Positions 32,528 through 42,659 are shown, counted from the first letter of the stretch. The stretch is 64,000 nucleotides of DNA from an uncultured Candidatus Rokubacteria bacterium (GCA_963805625.1 CAWDVE010000010.1:1152001-1216000), one strand, 5' to 3'. Notes: generated by a model not told the origin, from the letters alone. Numbers and translations are program-made.

Positions 32528-33049
32528 TCAGCGGTCGGCGCGGCCCCGGAATCGGAACAGGGCGACGAGCGTCCCCGCGTCGAGAATCTCCCCGGCGTCG
32601 GCCATCCGGTAGGCCTCGGCGAGCGGCGCCGGCACGACCTCGATGTGCTCGTCGGGGTCGAGCCCGCGCACGGACGGCCGGAGCTCTCGCGCGACGAAGA
32701 GGAAGATGCGCTCGTCGGTGAGCCCGGGATCGGCGAGCGCCTCCCCCAAGGGATCGAGGCGCCCGGCCTCGTAGCCCGCCTCCTCGACGAGCTCGCGGCG
32801 GGCGCACGCCTCGGGCGACTCCCCTGCCTCGATCGTGCCGGCCGGCAGCTCCCAGATCTCGGCGCCGATGATCGGCCGGTACTGCCGGATCAGCACGAGT
32901 CGGCCGTCGTCGAGGAGCGGCAGGATGTAGGCCACGGCGGGCACGCGCACCGCGTCGACCGAGACGCGGCGACCGTCGGGCAAGACGTGGCGCTCCCGCC
33001 GGACGCGAAGCCGCCGTCCCCGGTACTCCGGCGGGTCAGACCCGGACAC
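32528..33049 (-). CDS. NUDIX hydrolase (ADP-ribose pyrophosphatase-like)
   Basis: Nudix box GTIEAGESPEACARRELVEEAG; RQYR. Confidence 0.85.
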   Translation of the reverse strand: MSGSDPPEYRGRRLRVRRERHVLPDGRRVSVDAVRVPAVAYILPLLDDGRLVLIRQYRPIIGAEIWELPAGTIEAGESPEACARRELVEEAGYEAGRLDPLGEALADPGLTDERIFLFVARELRPSVRGLDPDEHIEVVPAPLAEAYRMADAGEILDAGTLVALFRFRGRADR

Positions 33050-35471
33050 GCTCGCCCCTGGGATCCCAGAGCGGGGCCTTCCGGACCTCCGCTGGCACAA
33101 GCCTCCCGAACGACTCCACCGCGACCGCGGTACCCGGCCGCGTCAGCCCCACCGGGAGGTACGCGAGCGCGACGTTGTGCCCGACCGTGTGGCCGTAACC
33201 ACCGCTCCGCACTCGCCCGACGACCTTCCCCGCCGAGACGACGGCCTCCCCGCCCCAGAGGACGCACGCCGGTCCGTCGAGGACGAGGGGCACCAGCTTT
33301 CGCTCGGGGCCCGCCGCCTGCTGGCGGAGCAGGGCATCGCGCCCGATGAAGTCGCCCTTGTCGAACCGCACGCAGAAGCCGAGGTTCGCCTCGAGCGGCG
33401 TGTCGCTCGGACAGACGTCGTCCCCCCAGTAGTAGAAGCACTTCTCGAGACGGAGCGTGTTGAGCGCGTAGTATCCGACGGGCTCGATCCCGAACTCCCG
33501 GCCGGCGGCCAGGACCGCGTCCCACACGCGCCCGGCGCCGTCCGGGGGCGTGACCAGCTCGTAGCCGAGCTCGCCCGCGAAGCTCACGCGATTGGCACGA
33601 ACCTCGACCCCTCGCACGTCGATGACCTGGGACGTGAGGTACGGAAACGCGGGGGTGGACAGGTCGCCCCGGCTCACCCTGGCAAGCGTACGGCGCGAGT
33701 CGGGACCCCACAGGCTGACCACGGCGTGGCGCTCGGTGACGTCGGCGAGCTCGACCGAGCCGTCGTCCGGCTGGTGAAGCCGGAGCCAGCCGAGGTCCCC
33801 GGCCGCCGAGGCGGTCCCCGTCGTCACCCGGAACGCGGACTCCCCGAGGCGCGTCACCGTCACGTCGCACTCGATGCCGCCCCGCAGGTTCAGGCACTGC
33901 GTGTAGACGAGGCTCCCGACCGGGCGGTCCACGTCGTTGCAGCAGAGCCGCTGGAGGAAGGCCAGAGACTCGGGACCGGTCACGTCGAGCTTGCCGAACG
34001 ACGTCATGTCGAGCACGCCCACGCGCTCGCGCACCGTGCGATGCTCGCGCGCCACGTGTTCCCAGTAGCTCGGGCGCTCCCAGGTCCGCTCGTCGGCGCC
34101 TTGCCGCCGGCCGGGCCGCCCGGGGACGAAGTAGTGGGCCCGCTCCCAGCCCCCGCGCTCTCCGAACACGGCACCCTGCGCGAGAAGCCGCTCGAGAAGC
34201 GGGCTCGTCCGTAGGGGCCGGCCCCACTCGTTCTCGTCGCACGGGAACTGGGGCGCGTAGTAATACCGGTACACCTCGCGCGCCTTCTCGGCGGCGTAGC
34301 GGCGGTCGCCGAGGTGAGCCCCGAAGCGGCGGACGTTCAGCTCCCACACGTCGATCGAGGGCTCACCCTCGAGAATCCATTCGGCCATCACGCGCCCCAC
34401 GCCGCCCGCGCCCGCGATCCCGTTGATCGACATCCCCGCCGCTACCCAGAGGCCGGGCCGCCCGGGGACCGGGCCGAGCGCGTAGTGGCCATCCGGTGTG
34501 AAGCCGTCGGGTCCGTTGACGAGCTGCAGGATCTCGGCCTTCTCGACGGCCGGGAAGCGCCGGATGGCCCCCGCCAGGAGCGGTTCGAACAGCTCCCATT
34601 CGGCGGGGAGCAGCTGCTGCGTGAACTCCCAGGGAACGCCGTCGAGACGCCACGCCTTCGGGTCCGGCTCGAACCCGCCGACCAGGTATCCGCCCACCTC
34701 CTCGCGCACGTACACGAGGTTCTCCGGATCGCGCACCACTGGCGTCTGGCGGGAAAGCTCCTGGCCCGGGACGGGCCGCGTGATCAGGTACTGGTGCATC
34801 AGGGGAATGATCGGCAGGTCGACGCCCGCCATCGCCGCCACGCGAGGCGCCCACTGCCCAGCCGCGTTGACCACGCACTCCGCGCGGATCGCGCCTGCGG
34901 TGGTCTCGACTCCCTGGATCCGGCCGCGCGGGTCGAGCCGGATGCCGGTGACCCGCGTCCCGGTGACCACCTCCGCCCCGAGGGCGCCGGCTCGGCGCGC
35001 CAGCTCACGCGTGATGCCGTTGGGCTCCAGGTACCCGTCGTCCGGGACGTAGACCGCGCCGTGAAGGCCCGCTCCGCTCATGAAGGGGCAGATCCGCAGC
35101 GCCTCGGCGGGCGCGATGATCCCGACGTCGAGACCGAGGGCTCGCGCCCGACTCACGTTACGCTGGAGGCCCTGCAGCATCGGAGCACTCGAGGCGAGCC
35201 GAAGGCTCCCGACGGGCCGCCAGCCGGCGGCCTCGCCGACCTCGGCCGCGAGCTCCCGGTAGAGCCGGATGCTGCGGTTCATGAGACGCATGTCGGCGGG
35301 CGACGTGCGGAACTGTGAGACGAGACCGACCGAGTGGAAGGTCGTGCCGCTCGTCAGCTCGCCCTTCTCGAGCAGGACCACGTCCCGGCAGCCGGCGGTC
35401 GCCAGGTGATACGCGACGCTGCAGCCGATGATGCCGCCGCCGACGACGACGACGGCCGCCTCGCTCCGCAT
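33036..35471 (-). CDS. Dimethylglycine/sarcosine dehydrogenase-like flavoprotein with C-terminal GcvT (THF-binding) domain
   Basis: GGGIIG FAD motif, FTPDG, GWER, DMTSFGK, GELGYE, LRLEK. Confidence 0.88.
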   Translation of the reverse strand: MRSEAAVVVVGGGIIGCSVAYHLATAGCRDVVLLEKGELTSGTTFHSVGLVSQFRTSPADMRLMNRSIRLYRELAAEVGEAAGWRPVGSLRLASSAPMLQGLQRNVSRARALGLDVGIIAPAEALRICPFMSGAGLHGAVYVPDDGYLEPNGITRELARRAGALGAEVVTGTRVTGIRLDPRGRIQGVETTAGAIRAECVVNAAGQWAPRVAAMAGVDLPIIPLMHQYLITRPVPGQELSRQTPVVRDPENLVYVREEVGGYLVGGFEPDPKAWRLDGVPWEFTQQLLPAEWELFEPLLAGAIRRFPAVEKAEILQLVNGPDGFTPDGHYALGPVPGRPGLWVAAGMSINGIAGAGGVGRVMAEWILEGEPSIDVWELNVRRFGAHLGDRRYAAEKAREVYRYYYAPQFPCDENEWGRPLRTSPLLERLLAQGAVFGERGGWERAHYFVPGRPGRRQGADERTWERPSYWEHVAREHRTVRERVGVLDMTSFGKLDVTGPESLAFLQRLCCNDVDRPVGSLVYTQCLNLRGGIECDVTVTRLGESAFRVTTGTASAAGDLGWLRLHQPDDGSVELADVTERHAVVSLWGPDSRRTLARVSRGDLSTPAFPYLTSQVIDVRGVEVRANRVSFAGELGYELVTPPDGAGRVWDAVLAAGREFGIEPVGYYALNTLRLEKCFYYWGDDVCPSDTPLEANLGFCVRFDKGDFIGRDALLRQQAAGPERKLVPLVLDGPACVLWGGEAVVSAGKVVGRVRSGGYGHTVGHNVALAYLPVGLTRPGTAVAVESFGRLVPAEVRKAPLWDPRGERVRV

Positions 35472-35558
35472 GATCGCCCCTTTGCCCGCTCGGGCCTGCG
35501 ACCCCGGGTCCCGTCGCCGCTCCTGCAGGCTAGCGCCTGGGTCGAGGCGCAACTGCTT

Positions 35559-36737
35559 CTAGGTCAGGACATCCTCGAGGACGCGGCCGTCGACGCCGGC
35601 CGCGTCGATCCCCGTCAGGCGGCAGAGCGTCGGCATGAGGTCGATGGTGCGCCCGGCCCGGATCTCGGCGCCGGCCCGCACACCCGGCCCCGTCACCAGC
35701 ATCGGGATTCGCTGCTCGTGCTTGGAGCCGTGCGAGCGCAGTCCCGTCTCGGGGCGGTGCGCGGGCTCGTCCTCCCAGACGCCGAGGGCGACGTCCCGGG
35801 CCGCCCAGCAGATCAGGTCGCCGACGCGCTCGGGTGGAAGGTGATCGCGCCGCGCCTCGGCGTTCGGGACCACCTCATCGATGCCGGCGGTCCGCTCCAG
35901 GATGGCGTGCGCCTCGCGCGCCTTGCCCGGGTCTTCGAAGTAGAGGTAGAGCGCCCCGCCGAGATCCCGGTGGTGTGCGTAGAGCCCATCCCGGATGAGA
36001 GGCACGCCGTGGGTCGTGATGCCGGCCTCCGCCAGCACCCGCACCGGCGAGACGGAACGGAGCTTGGCGTTCATTCCGTGATCCGCCGTGAGGACGACGA
36101 CCGTCTCGGCAGGGTCGTACACGTCGAGGAGCCGCCCGAGCGCCTCGTCGCTGGCCTCGAGGTAGCGCTGCATGGCGGGCTCATCGGGCGCCAGCATGTG
36201 CTGGGGGTAGTCCGTCGTGGCCACGTAGAGGAAGGCCGGGCGCTCCCGGAGCGCGACCTCGCGGGCCATCCGGAACACCCAGAGATTGATGTCGAGGGAG
36301 AAGATCTCGGGCGGGGGCCCGGCCACCGCTCGGTGGGTCTCCGGGTGCGTCTTCATATCGACGCAAACGTCCAGGCCCCGACGGAGGAGCTTCGTCAGCT
36401 TCTCCTTCGCCGTGACGAGCGCCGTGGACCAGCCGGCTGCCTTGAAGTGCTCGAACACGAGAGGCTCCTGCACAAACGAGACCTGCTCCATGAAGACGTC
36501 CATCCGCGTAGCGCGATCGTAGTAGAAGTTCGTCGACAGACCGTGGCGCGCCGGGTAGGTGCCCGTGAGCAGCGAGATGTGGTTCACGTTCGTGAGGCTG
36601 GGGAGCACCCCGCGACCGTCGAGGGTCGAGGCGCCGGCCTTCATGAGCCCGGCCAGTCGCGGCATCCGGGCCGGCTGGACGTAGCCCGGGTCGAATCCGT
36701 CGAGGAGGAACATGAGGACGTGCTTCGGTCGCGTCAT
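35559..36737 (-). CDS. phnA: Phosphonoacetate hydrolase-like (alkaline phosphatase superfamily)
   Basis: LDG, PSLTNVN (catalytic Thr), TTDYPQH, TADHGM, LRSHG; adjacent to phnW. Confidence 0.78.
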   Translation of the reverse strand: MTRPKHVLMFLLDGFDPGYVQPARMPRLAGLMKAGASTLDGRGVLPSLTNVNHISLLTGTYPARHGLSTNFYYDRATRMDVFMEQVSFVQEPLVFEHFKAAGWSTALVTAKEKLTKLLRRGLDVCVDMKTHPETHRAVAGPPPEIFSLDINLWVFRMAREVALRERPAFLYVATTDYPQHMLAPDEPAMQRYLEASDEALGRLLDVYDPAETVVVLTADHGMNAKLRSVSPVRVLAEAGITTHGVPLIRDGLYAHHRDLGGALYLYFEDPGKAREAHAILERTAGIDEVVPNAEARRDHLPPERVGDLICWAARDVALGVWEDEPAHRPETGLRSHGSKHEQRIPMLVTGPGVRAGAEIRAGRTIDLMPTLCRLTGIDAAGVDGRVLEDVLT

Positions 36738-36753
36738 CAGTCAGCCTCCGGGG

Positions 36754-37863
36754 TCACCGTCCGACCCCCACCGCCAGCTCTGAAAGGCTGGCCCGGAACG
36801 CCTCGACCACCCCCTCCATGTCCCGGGGGGTGAGCGTCCCCATGTTGGACACGCGAAACGCGTACGTGCGGATGTCCCCCTGGCCGGCGTAGATGATGTA
36901 CCCACGCCGCTTCATCGCGTCGTGGAGCCGGTCGTAGGCCAGTCCTGGCAGGAGCCGGAACGTCGTGAGGATGCTGGACCGCGCCGCCTCGGGGACCAGG
37001 ATCTCGAAGCCAAGCGCCGCCATGCCGCGCCGCAGCACGCGGGCGTTCTCCGCGTACCGGGCGATGCGGCCGGCCACTCCCTCGGCGTCGAGCTCGACGA
37101 GGGCCTGCCGCATCGCGTGGAGGACCTGGACCGCAGGGGTGAAGGGCGTGTTGTCCCGTTCCTGGCTCGTGTAGTGGCCGTGGAGATCCAGATAGACGCC
37201 GCGCGGTGGCTGCCCGGCCAGCGCGTCCAGCGCCGTTCGGCGACCGAGGACGAAGGCGATTCCCGGAACCCCCTGCAGACACTTGTTGGCGCTGGCCATC
37301 ACGAAGTCGACGCCGTCGGCGTCAACGTCGAGCCGCTCGCCGAAGAGCGAGCTCATGGCGTCGATCAGGACCCGGCGCCCCGCCCGCGCGGCCACCCGCG
37401 CGACGTCCATCACCGGGTTCAGGAGGCCCGTCGTGGTCTCGTGGTGGACGACCGCCACGTGGCTCAGCTCGGGACGCGCCCGGAGCGCGGCCTCGACGTC
37501 GGCCGGGGGCACGGGGGTGGTGACGTCGTACGCGAGCACCTCGGCCGCGATCCCGTGGACCCGCGCGATCCGGGCCAGGCGGTCCCCGTAGACGCCATTG
37601 TTCACGATCAGGACCGCGCGGTCCCTCGGCACCACCGAGCTGACGGCCGCCTCCACGGCGGCGGTCCCCGACCCGCTGAACAGCACCGCGGCGAAGCGCT
37701 CGTCGCAACCGGCCAGCCGGACGAGCCGAGCCCGGCACTCCCGCATCATCTCGAAGAACTCCGGCTCTCGGTGGCAGAGGTCTGGCATCACCAGGGCCTC
37801 CCGCACCGATCGGCTGGTGTTGGCAGGGCCGGGGTTCAGCAGGATCCACTCGCGCTCGCGCAT
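36754..37863 (-). CDS. phnW: 2-aminoethylphosphonate--pyruvate transaminase
   Basis: LLNPGP, GSGT, HHETTTG, DAMSS, SANKC, FTP, IYAGQG. Confidence 0.88.
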   Translation of the reverse strand: MREREWILLNPGPANTSRSVREALVMPDLCHREPEFFEMMRECRARLVRLAGCDERFAAVLFSGSGTAAVEAAVSSVVPRDRAVLIVNNGVYGDRLARIARVHGIAAEVLAYDVTTPVPPADVEAALRARPELSHVAVVHHETTTGLLNPVMDVARVAARAGRRVLIDAMSSLFGERLDVDADGVDFVMASANKCLQGVPGIAFVLGRRTALDALAGQPPRGVYLDLHGHYTSQERDNTPFTPAVQVLHAMRQALVELDAEGVAGRIARYAENARVLRRGMAALGFEILVPEAARSSILTTFRLLPGLAYDRLHDAMKRRGYIIYAGQGDIRTYAFRVSNMGTLTPRDMEGVVEAFRASLSELAVGVGR

Positions 37864-38094
37864 CTCCGATCCTCCCGGCCGTCAGGCTACCCTCGCCGCC
37901 GCCGCCCGTCCACTCTGTCATCGATCGCCCGACGGGAGCGATCCAGCGACCCGGTGGGACCTCGGGCTCTGCGGCAGCTCCGTCGCGGTCACCCGGCTGA
38001 TCCCGCCCGGCCCGACGAGCGGCCCCGTGGTTTCTTCCTTGCAGCGGAGAGAGTGACACGCTAGATTGCCGCTAGGAGGACGATACCCAAGGCT

Positions 38095-38292
38095 ATGGCG
38101 CAGCTTGCCTTCCTGATCTCGCTCGTGGCATTGGGAATTTCCATCCTCGCCTACCAGGAAGCCGGCGGCACGAAGGACCTCACGAAGAAGGTCGAGTCGC
38201 TCCGGGACGATCTCCGGCGCGAGACGGCGGACGGCCTCTCCAAGCTCGAAAAAGCCCTTCGCTCGGCCGAATCGGCGAAGCCGAAGCCGTGA
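38095..38292 (+). CDS. Small membrane-anchored hypothetical protein
   Basis: AGGAGG upstream; N-terminal TM followed by a coiled coil. Confidence 0.65.
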   Translation: MAQLAFLISLVALGISILAYQEAGGTKDLTKKVESLRDDLRRETADGLSKLEKALRSAESAKPKP

Positions 38293-38335
38293 TCCGAACC
38301 GAGCACACACCCGGGCGCCTCGAGCGCTAGAGGCG

Positions 38336-38983
38336 GTGGGCAGCGAACCCGACCCCCCTGAAGCCGACCCGCACATCGAGCCGCGCTCCGCCGAGAGCCG
38401 GGTCGTACTGCGACGGCACCGGCTATCCCACCTGCCCGGTCTCGAGGTGAACGGCAGCATCTTCGATACCCGATACGCCCCCGGATCCTCGCCGGGACAC
38501 TGCGACGGGATGTGCTGTTCGAGCGGCGTTAAGGTCGATGTCGCCCACCGCGATCAGATCCTCGCCCACGCCGATCTCATCCGGCGCGCGATGGACCCCG
38601 GCCAGGACCAGGATGTCGGCGGCTGGTTCGAGGAGACGGAGACCCCGGACTCTGACTTCCCGTCCGGCCGGTGCGTTGGTACGCAGGTGCGCGGGAACGG
38701 GTGCGTCTTTCTGAACGCGGCGCGGCGGTGCGTCCTCCAAGCGGTGACGATCGCCATCGCCCGGCCGGGCTTCGATCTCAAGCCATTCTTCTGCTCGGCC
38801 TTCCCCATCACGATCGCGGCCGGCGCCTTGTGGATCGACGAGATGTGTCTCGACGCGCCCGAGGGCTGCTGCCGGCCGACCCCCGGGGGCCCGCTGGGCG
38901 TTCTCGACGTCTGCGAGGCCGAGTTGCGCCACACGCTCGGGAACGAGGGGCTCGAGGAGCTCCGCCTGGCAGTCAAGGAGTAG
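38336..38983 (+). CDS. Cys-rich DUF3109/YkgJ-like putative Zn/Fe-S protein (start uncertain)
   Basis: C..MCC..G, CVFL....C.L and KP..C..FP motifs. Confidence 0.65.
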   Translation: MGSEPDPPEADPHIEPRSAESRVVLRRHRLSHLPGLEVNGSIFDTRYAPGSSPGHCDGMCCSSGVKVDVAHRDQILAHADLIRRAMDPGQDQDVGGWFEETETPDSDFPSGRCVGTQVRGNGCVFLNAARRCVLQAVTIAIARPGFDLKPFFCSAFPITIAAGALWIDEMCLDAPEGCCRPTPGGPLGVLDVCEAELRHTLGNEGLEELRLAVKE

Positions 38984-39054
38984 CCGCCATCCAACGCGCC
39001 AGCGCCCACGTCCCTGTCCTCGGCCGCGCGGTCCGCGCGACCGGCCAGGCGGTC

Positions 39055-40140
39055 GTGACGGGAGCGCCCGAACGCAACGGCAGGCCGCGGTCAGCGCCTC
39101 GGATCGGCTTCGCCTTCAACAAGAAACCGGACGACGGGGCCCCACCGGCCATCGCGCCCCCCAGGAACCGGAGTCTCGGGGACCCCGCGGATCTCTACGC
39201 CGAGTGGGACGACGAGGTCACGATCGCGGCAATCGAGGCGGCACTGGCGGAGACCGGCGAGGTCACGCGGCTGGAGGCCACGGAGGACTTCCCGCTCCGG
39301 CTTCGGGAGTCGAAGCCCGACATCATCTTCAATGTGGCGGAAGGGCTCTGGGGGCCGAACCGCGAGGCCCACGTGCCAGCCCTCTGCGAGTTCTGGGGCG
39401 TGCCCTACACGGGAAGCGATCCCCTCACCCTGGCGATCTGTCTGGACAAGGGCCGCGCCAAGGAGATCCTTGCTTACCACGGCATTCCGACCGCGGAGTT
39501 CACCGTCGCCCCCGGAAGGGCTCCGCTCGACGGGACCCCGCGGCTGCCCGTGGTCGTGAAACCGATCCACGAGGGCTCCAGCAAGGGGATCACCCAGGCG
39601 TCGCTCTGCCGGACTCGGGCCGAGGTGGGGCGCGCCGTCGGCCTGGTGTGGCGGCGTTACCGCCAGCCGGCGCTCGTCGAGCGGTGGCTGCCCGGCCGCG
39701 AGTTCACCTGCGCGATACTCGGGAACGGCCCGAGCGCCCGCGTCCTGCCGCTGGTCGAGGTCGATTTCGACGCGCTGCCTCGCGGGGCGGCGCGCCTCTA
39801 CTCGTACGAAGCCAAGTGGTTGTGGGACCGACCAGAGCGGCCGCTCGCCATCTTCCAGTGCCCCGCCTCGCTCCCGCGCGGGCTCGCGCGGCAGATTGAG
39901 CAGACGGTGCTGGCCGCCTATCGCGTCTTGCGCTGCCGGGACTGGGCCCGCATCGACGTTCGCTGCGACGCCCGAGGGGTGCCACACATCCTCGAGGTGA
40001 ACCCTCTCCCGGGGGTGCTTCCGGACCCGGCCATGAACTCCTGTTTCCCCAAGGCTGCGCGGGCTGCCGGCATGGACTACGGGTCCATGATCCGGGCCGT
40101 CCTGCGGGCCGGAGCCGTGCGCCATGGCATTGTCGTCTAG
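39055..40140 (+). CDS. D-Ala-D-Ala ligase-like ATP-grasp ligase 1
   Basis: FNVAEG, PYTGSD...CLDK, VKP..EGSSKGI, GREFT, RID, LEVNPLPG. Confidence 0.85.
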   Translation: MTGAPERNGRPRSAPRIGFAFNKKPDDGAPPAIAPPRNRSLGDPADLYAEWDDEVTIAAIEAALAETGEVTRLEATEDFPLRLRESKPDIIFNVAEGLWGPNREAHVPALCEFWGVPYTGSDPLTLAICLDKGRAKEILAYHGIPTAEFTVAPGRAPLDGTPRLPVVVKPIHEGSSKGITQASLCRTRAEVGRAVGLVWRRYRQPALVERWLPGREFTCAILGNGPSARVLPLVEVDFDALPRGAARLYSYEAKWLWDRPERPLAIFQCPASLPRGLARQIEQTVLAAYRVLRCRDWARIDVRCDARGVPHILEVNPLPGVLPDPAMNSCFPKAARAAGMDYGSMIRAVLRAGAVRHGIVV

Positions 40141-41272
40141 GCCTCGGCTGGGAGTGCGGGGGCGGCTCCGCGTGGCGGTCATCACCGATGCCCTGTCGGA
40201 GGCGACGGCCCAGGCCCTCGGCACGCCGTCGGCCCCCGGCAACCCCGGGCCGGTGCTGGCCGCGCTGCGGGCGCTCGGCTACGACCCGGTGCTGGTCGAG
40301 TTCAACGGCAACCCCTCGGAGTGGCTGGCTGAGCTGGCAACCGGGCGCTTCCAGCTGGTGTTCAACCTGTGCGAGGGCCTGAGCAACCAGGCGGCCGGCG
40401 AGCCCGTCGCCGCGGCTCTCGTCGAGCTCCTCGGGATTCCCCTGACCGGCGCCTCGTCCGACATGCTCGCGCTGTGTCTCCGGAAGGACCGGGCGAACGC
40501 CGTGCTCTGCGCCCACGGGGTCCCGGTGCCGGAGTGGATCCTGGTGCGGCCGGGCGTCGCCCGGGCACGGTGGCGCCGGTTCCCGGCCATCGTCAAGCCG
40601 GCCGGCGAGGACGGGTCGTTCGGGATCGGCGCCGACTGCATAGTAGGCGATCGGGCCGCGCTCGAGGCCGTCGTGGCGCGCGGATGCCAGCAGTGGGGCC
40701 GCATGCTCGTCCAGCGCTTCGTCGGAGGCCGGGAGTTCAACCTGGCGATCGTCGGTGGGCGGGTGCTTCCCCACGCCGAGATCGACTTCAGCCGCCTTGC
40801 TCCGGGACTGCCCGCGGTGGTGACGTACGCGGCGAAGTGGGAGCACGGCAGTCCGGCGGACCGGGGGACGGTGCCGAGGTGCCCCGCGCGCCTGCCGGCC
40901 CGACTCGCTGCCCGTCTGACCCAGCTCGCCGAGCGCGTCTGGGCCGCCGTGGACGGCACCGGATACGGCCGCATCGACGTCCGTGTCGACGGCCGGGGCA
41001 CGACGTTCGTCACGGACGTGAACCCGAATCCGGACCTCGGGGTCCGGGCGGGACTGGCGCGCCAGGCGGCCGCCGCGGGGTGGAGCTATCTCGACCTGAT
41101 CGCCCGGATCGTCGAGGACGCCCTCGCCCGTGCGCGCCGGGCAAGCGGACCCGGTCCGACTCCTCCAGCGGCGCTCGCAGACGCTCGACGCCTGATGGAG
41201 GGCATGCCCTACACCCAGCGCCTCGCGTCGGCCCTCGGCCGGCGTGAGCCAAGGGGGACGAGGCCGACGTGA
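40124..41272 (+). CDS. D-Ala-D-Ala ligase-like ATP-grasp ligase 2
   Basis: FNLCEG, VKP..EDGSFGI, GREFN, YGRID, DVNPNPD. Confidence 0.82.
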   Translation: MALSSRPRLGVRGRLRVAVITDALSEATAQALGTPSAPGNPGPVLAALRALGYDPVLVEFNGNPSEWLAELATGRFQLVFNLCEGLSNQAAGEPVAAALVELLGIPLTGASSDMLALCLRKDRANAVLCAHGVPVPEWILVRPGVARARWRRFPAIVKPAGEDGSFGIGADCIVGDRAALEAVVARGCQQWGRMLVQRFVGGREFNLAIVGGRVLPHAEIDFSRLAPGLPAVVTYAAKWEHGSPADRGTVPRCPARLPARLAARLTQLAERVWAAVDGTGYGRIDVRVDGRGTTFVTDVNPNPDLGVRAGLARQAAAAGWSYLDLIARIVEDALARARRASGPGPTPPAALADARRLMEGMPYTQRLASALGRREPRGTRPT

Positions 41273-42468
41273 CCTATTGGCAAGAGAGTCTCCGCGAGTC
41301 GGTGACCACGGTCGACGAGCTCGTCAAGCGCTTCGGGGTCGACTACATCGACCAGGAAGCCGTGCAGCGAGCGATCGACGGGTTCAACCTCCGCATCACT
41401 CCCGAGATGCTCAATCTCGTGAAGGAGCCGGGAGACGCGATCTGGCGGCAGTACGTTCCCACGGCCCAGGAGAACGAGGTGGTGGACGGGATCGTCGACT
41501 CGCTCGGCGAGGATGCCGATTCGCCGGTCCCGAACATCACCCACCGCTACCCCGACCGTGTCCTCTTCCTCGTGAGCCCGGTCTGCGCCGCCTACTGCCG
41601 CTTCTGCACGCGGCGGCGCAAGGTGGGCGATCCCGAGAAGATCCCCCTCGGCCAGTTCGACGCAGCGTTCGACTACATCCGGCAGCACACCGAGGTCCGG
41701 GACGTCAGCCTGTCTGGGGGCGACCCCCTGATGCTCTCGGATCGGCGGGTCGAGTATTTCCTTGCGAAGCTCCGGGCGATCCCCCACGTCGAGATCGTGC
41801 GCATCCACACCCGGATCCCCTCTCAGCTGCCCGAGCGCATCACGCCGGAGCTCTGCGAGACGATCAAAAAGTTTCACCCCGTGTTCGTGAACGTGCATTT
41901 CAACCATCCGGACGAGCTGACGCCGGCAACCCGGACCGCGCTCGGGATGCTCGCCGACGCCGGCTGCCCCCTGGGCAGCCAGACCGTCCTCCTGAAAGGT
42001 GTAAACGACGATCCGGTCATCATGAAGCGGCTCATGCAGGAGCTTCTCAAGTGCCGGGTCCGACCCTACTACCTCTACCAGGCGGACCTCGTCGCGGGCG
42101 GGGAGCACTTCCGGACGTCCGTCGCCAAGGGAATCGAGATCATCGAGGCGCTTCGGGGATGGACCTCGGGGCTGGCCGTCCCGCACTTCGTCATCGACGC
42201 GCCCGGTGGCGGCGGGAAGATCCCGCTCTTGCCCGAGTACGTGCAGTCGGTCACCGATCGGGAGGTTGTGCTGCGGAATTACGCCGGCAAGACGTTCCAG
42301 TACATCCTACCGAAAGCGGACGACCCGCCCCCGCTGAGGCCAGCTGTCGCCCCGGCCCGCGGAAGCTCCGCGCCAAGGCCAGGAAAGCAGAAGGGGCGAG
42401 TCGCGAGTGCGGCTCACCCCTTCCCGTTGCCGTCCCTGAAGGCTCAGAGGAATCCGGCCGGGCGCTGA
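41269..42468 (+). CDS. KamA-family radical SAM lysine 2,3-aminomutase-like enzyme
   Basis: THRYPDR, CAAYCRFC, YQADL, FVIDAPGGGGK (PLP lysine). Confidence 0.9.
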   Translation: MTYWQESLRESVTTVDELVKRFGVDYIDQEAVQRAIDGFNLRITPEMLNLVKEPGDAIWRQYVPTAQENEVVDGIVDSLGEDADSPVPNITHRYPDRVLFLVSPVCAAYCRFCTRRRKVGDPEKIPLGQFDAAFDYIRQHTEVRDVSLSGGDPLMLSDRRVEYFLAKLRAIPHVEIVRIHTRIPSQLPERITPELCETIKKFHPVFVNVHFNHPDELTPATRTALGMLADAGCPLGSQTVLLKGVNDDPVIMKRLMQELLKCRVRPYYLYQADLVAGGEHFRTSVAKGIEIIEALRGWTSGLAVPHFVIDAPGGGGKIPLLPEYVQSVTDREVVLRNYAGKTFQYILPKADDPPPLRPAVAPARGSSAPRPGKQKGRVASAAHPFPLPSLKAQRNPAGR

Positions 42469-42659
42469 CGCTCCGGCAGGGCGACCCCGCTCCGCCGGAA
42501 CTCCGCGCGGAACGCCTCGGCGTCGGGTCCCTCGAACCCTGCCATCCCCTCGCGAAGCAGGGACGCGGCTGATGCGCATCGGCTCTTTCGCAGCGACGCA
42601 GCCTGCAGCACTCCCGCGATCGCGACCACGAACCCACCAGCCAGCACGAAGTCCAGCAT
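42444..42659 (-). CDS. Small hypothetical membrane protein (~71 aa)
   Basis: GGAGG RBS before ATG; N-terminal hydrophobic helix MLDFVLAGGFVVAIAGVL. Confidence 0.55.
   Translation of the reverse strand: MLDFVLAGGFVVAIAGVLQAASLRKSRCASAASLLREGMAGFEGPDAEAFRAEFRRSGVALPERQRPAGFL

Noticed and set aside
39055-41272. Calling the ligases housekeeping ddl or vancomycin-resistance van genes
   Set aside because: They lack the GG.S.E N-terminal motif and mur/van context
41269-42468. Calling the KamA protein EpmB or AblA
   Set aside because: No efp/epmA or ablB acetyltransferase adjacent; context is ATP-grasp ligases
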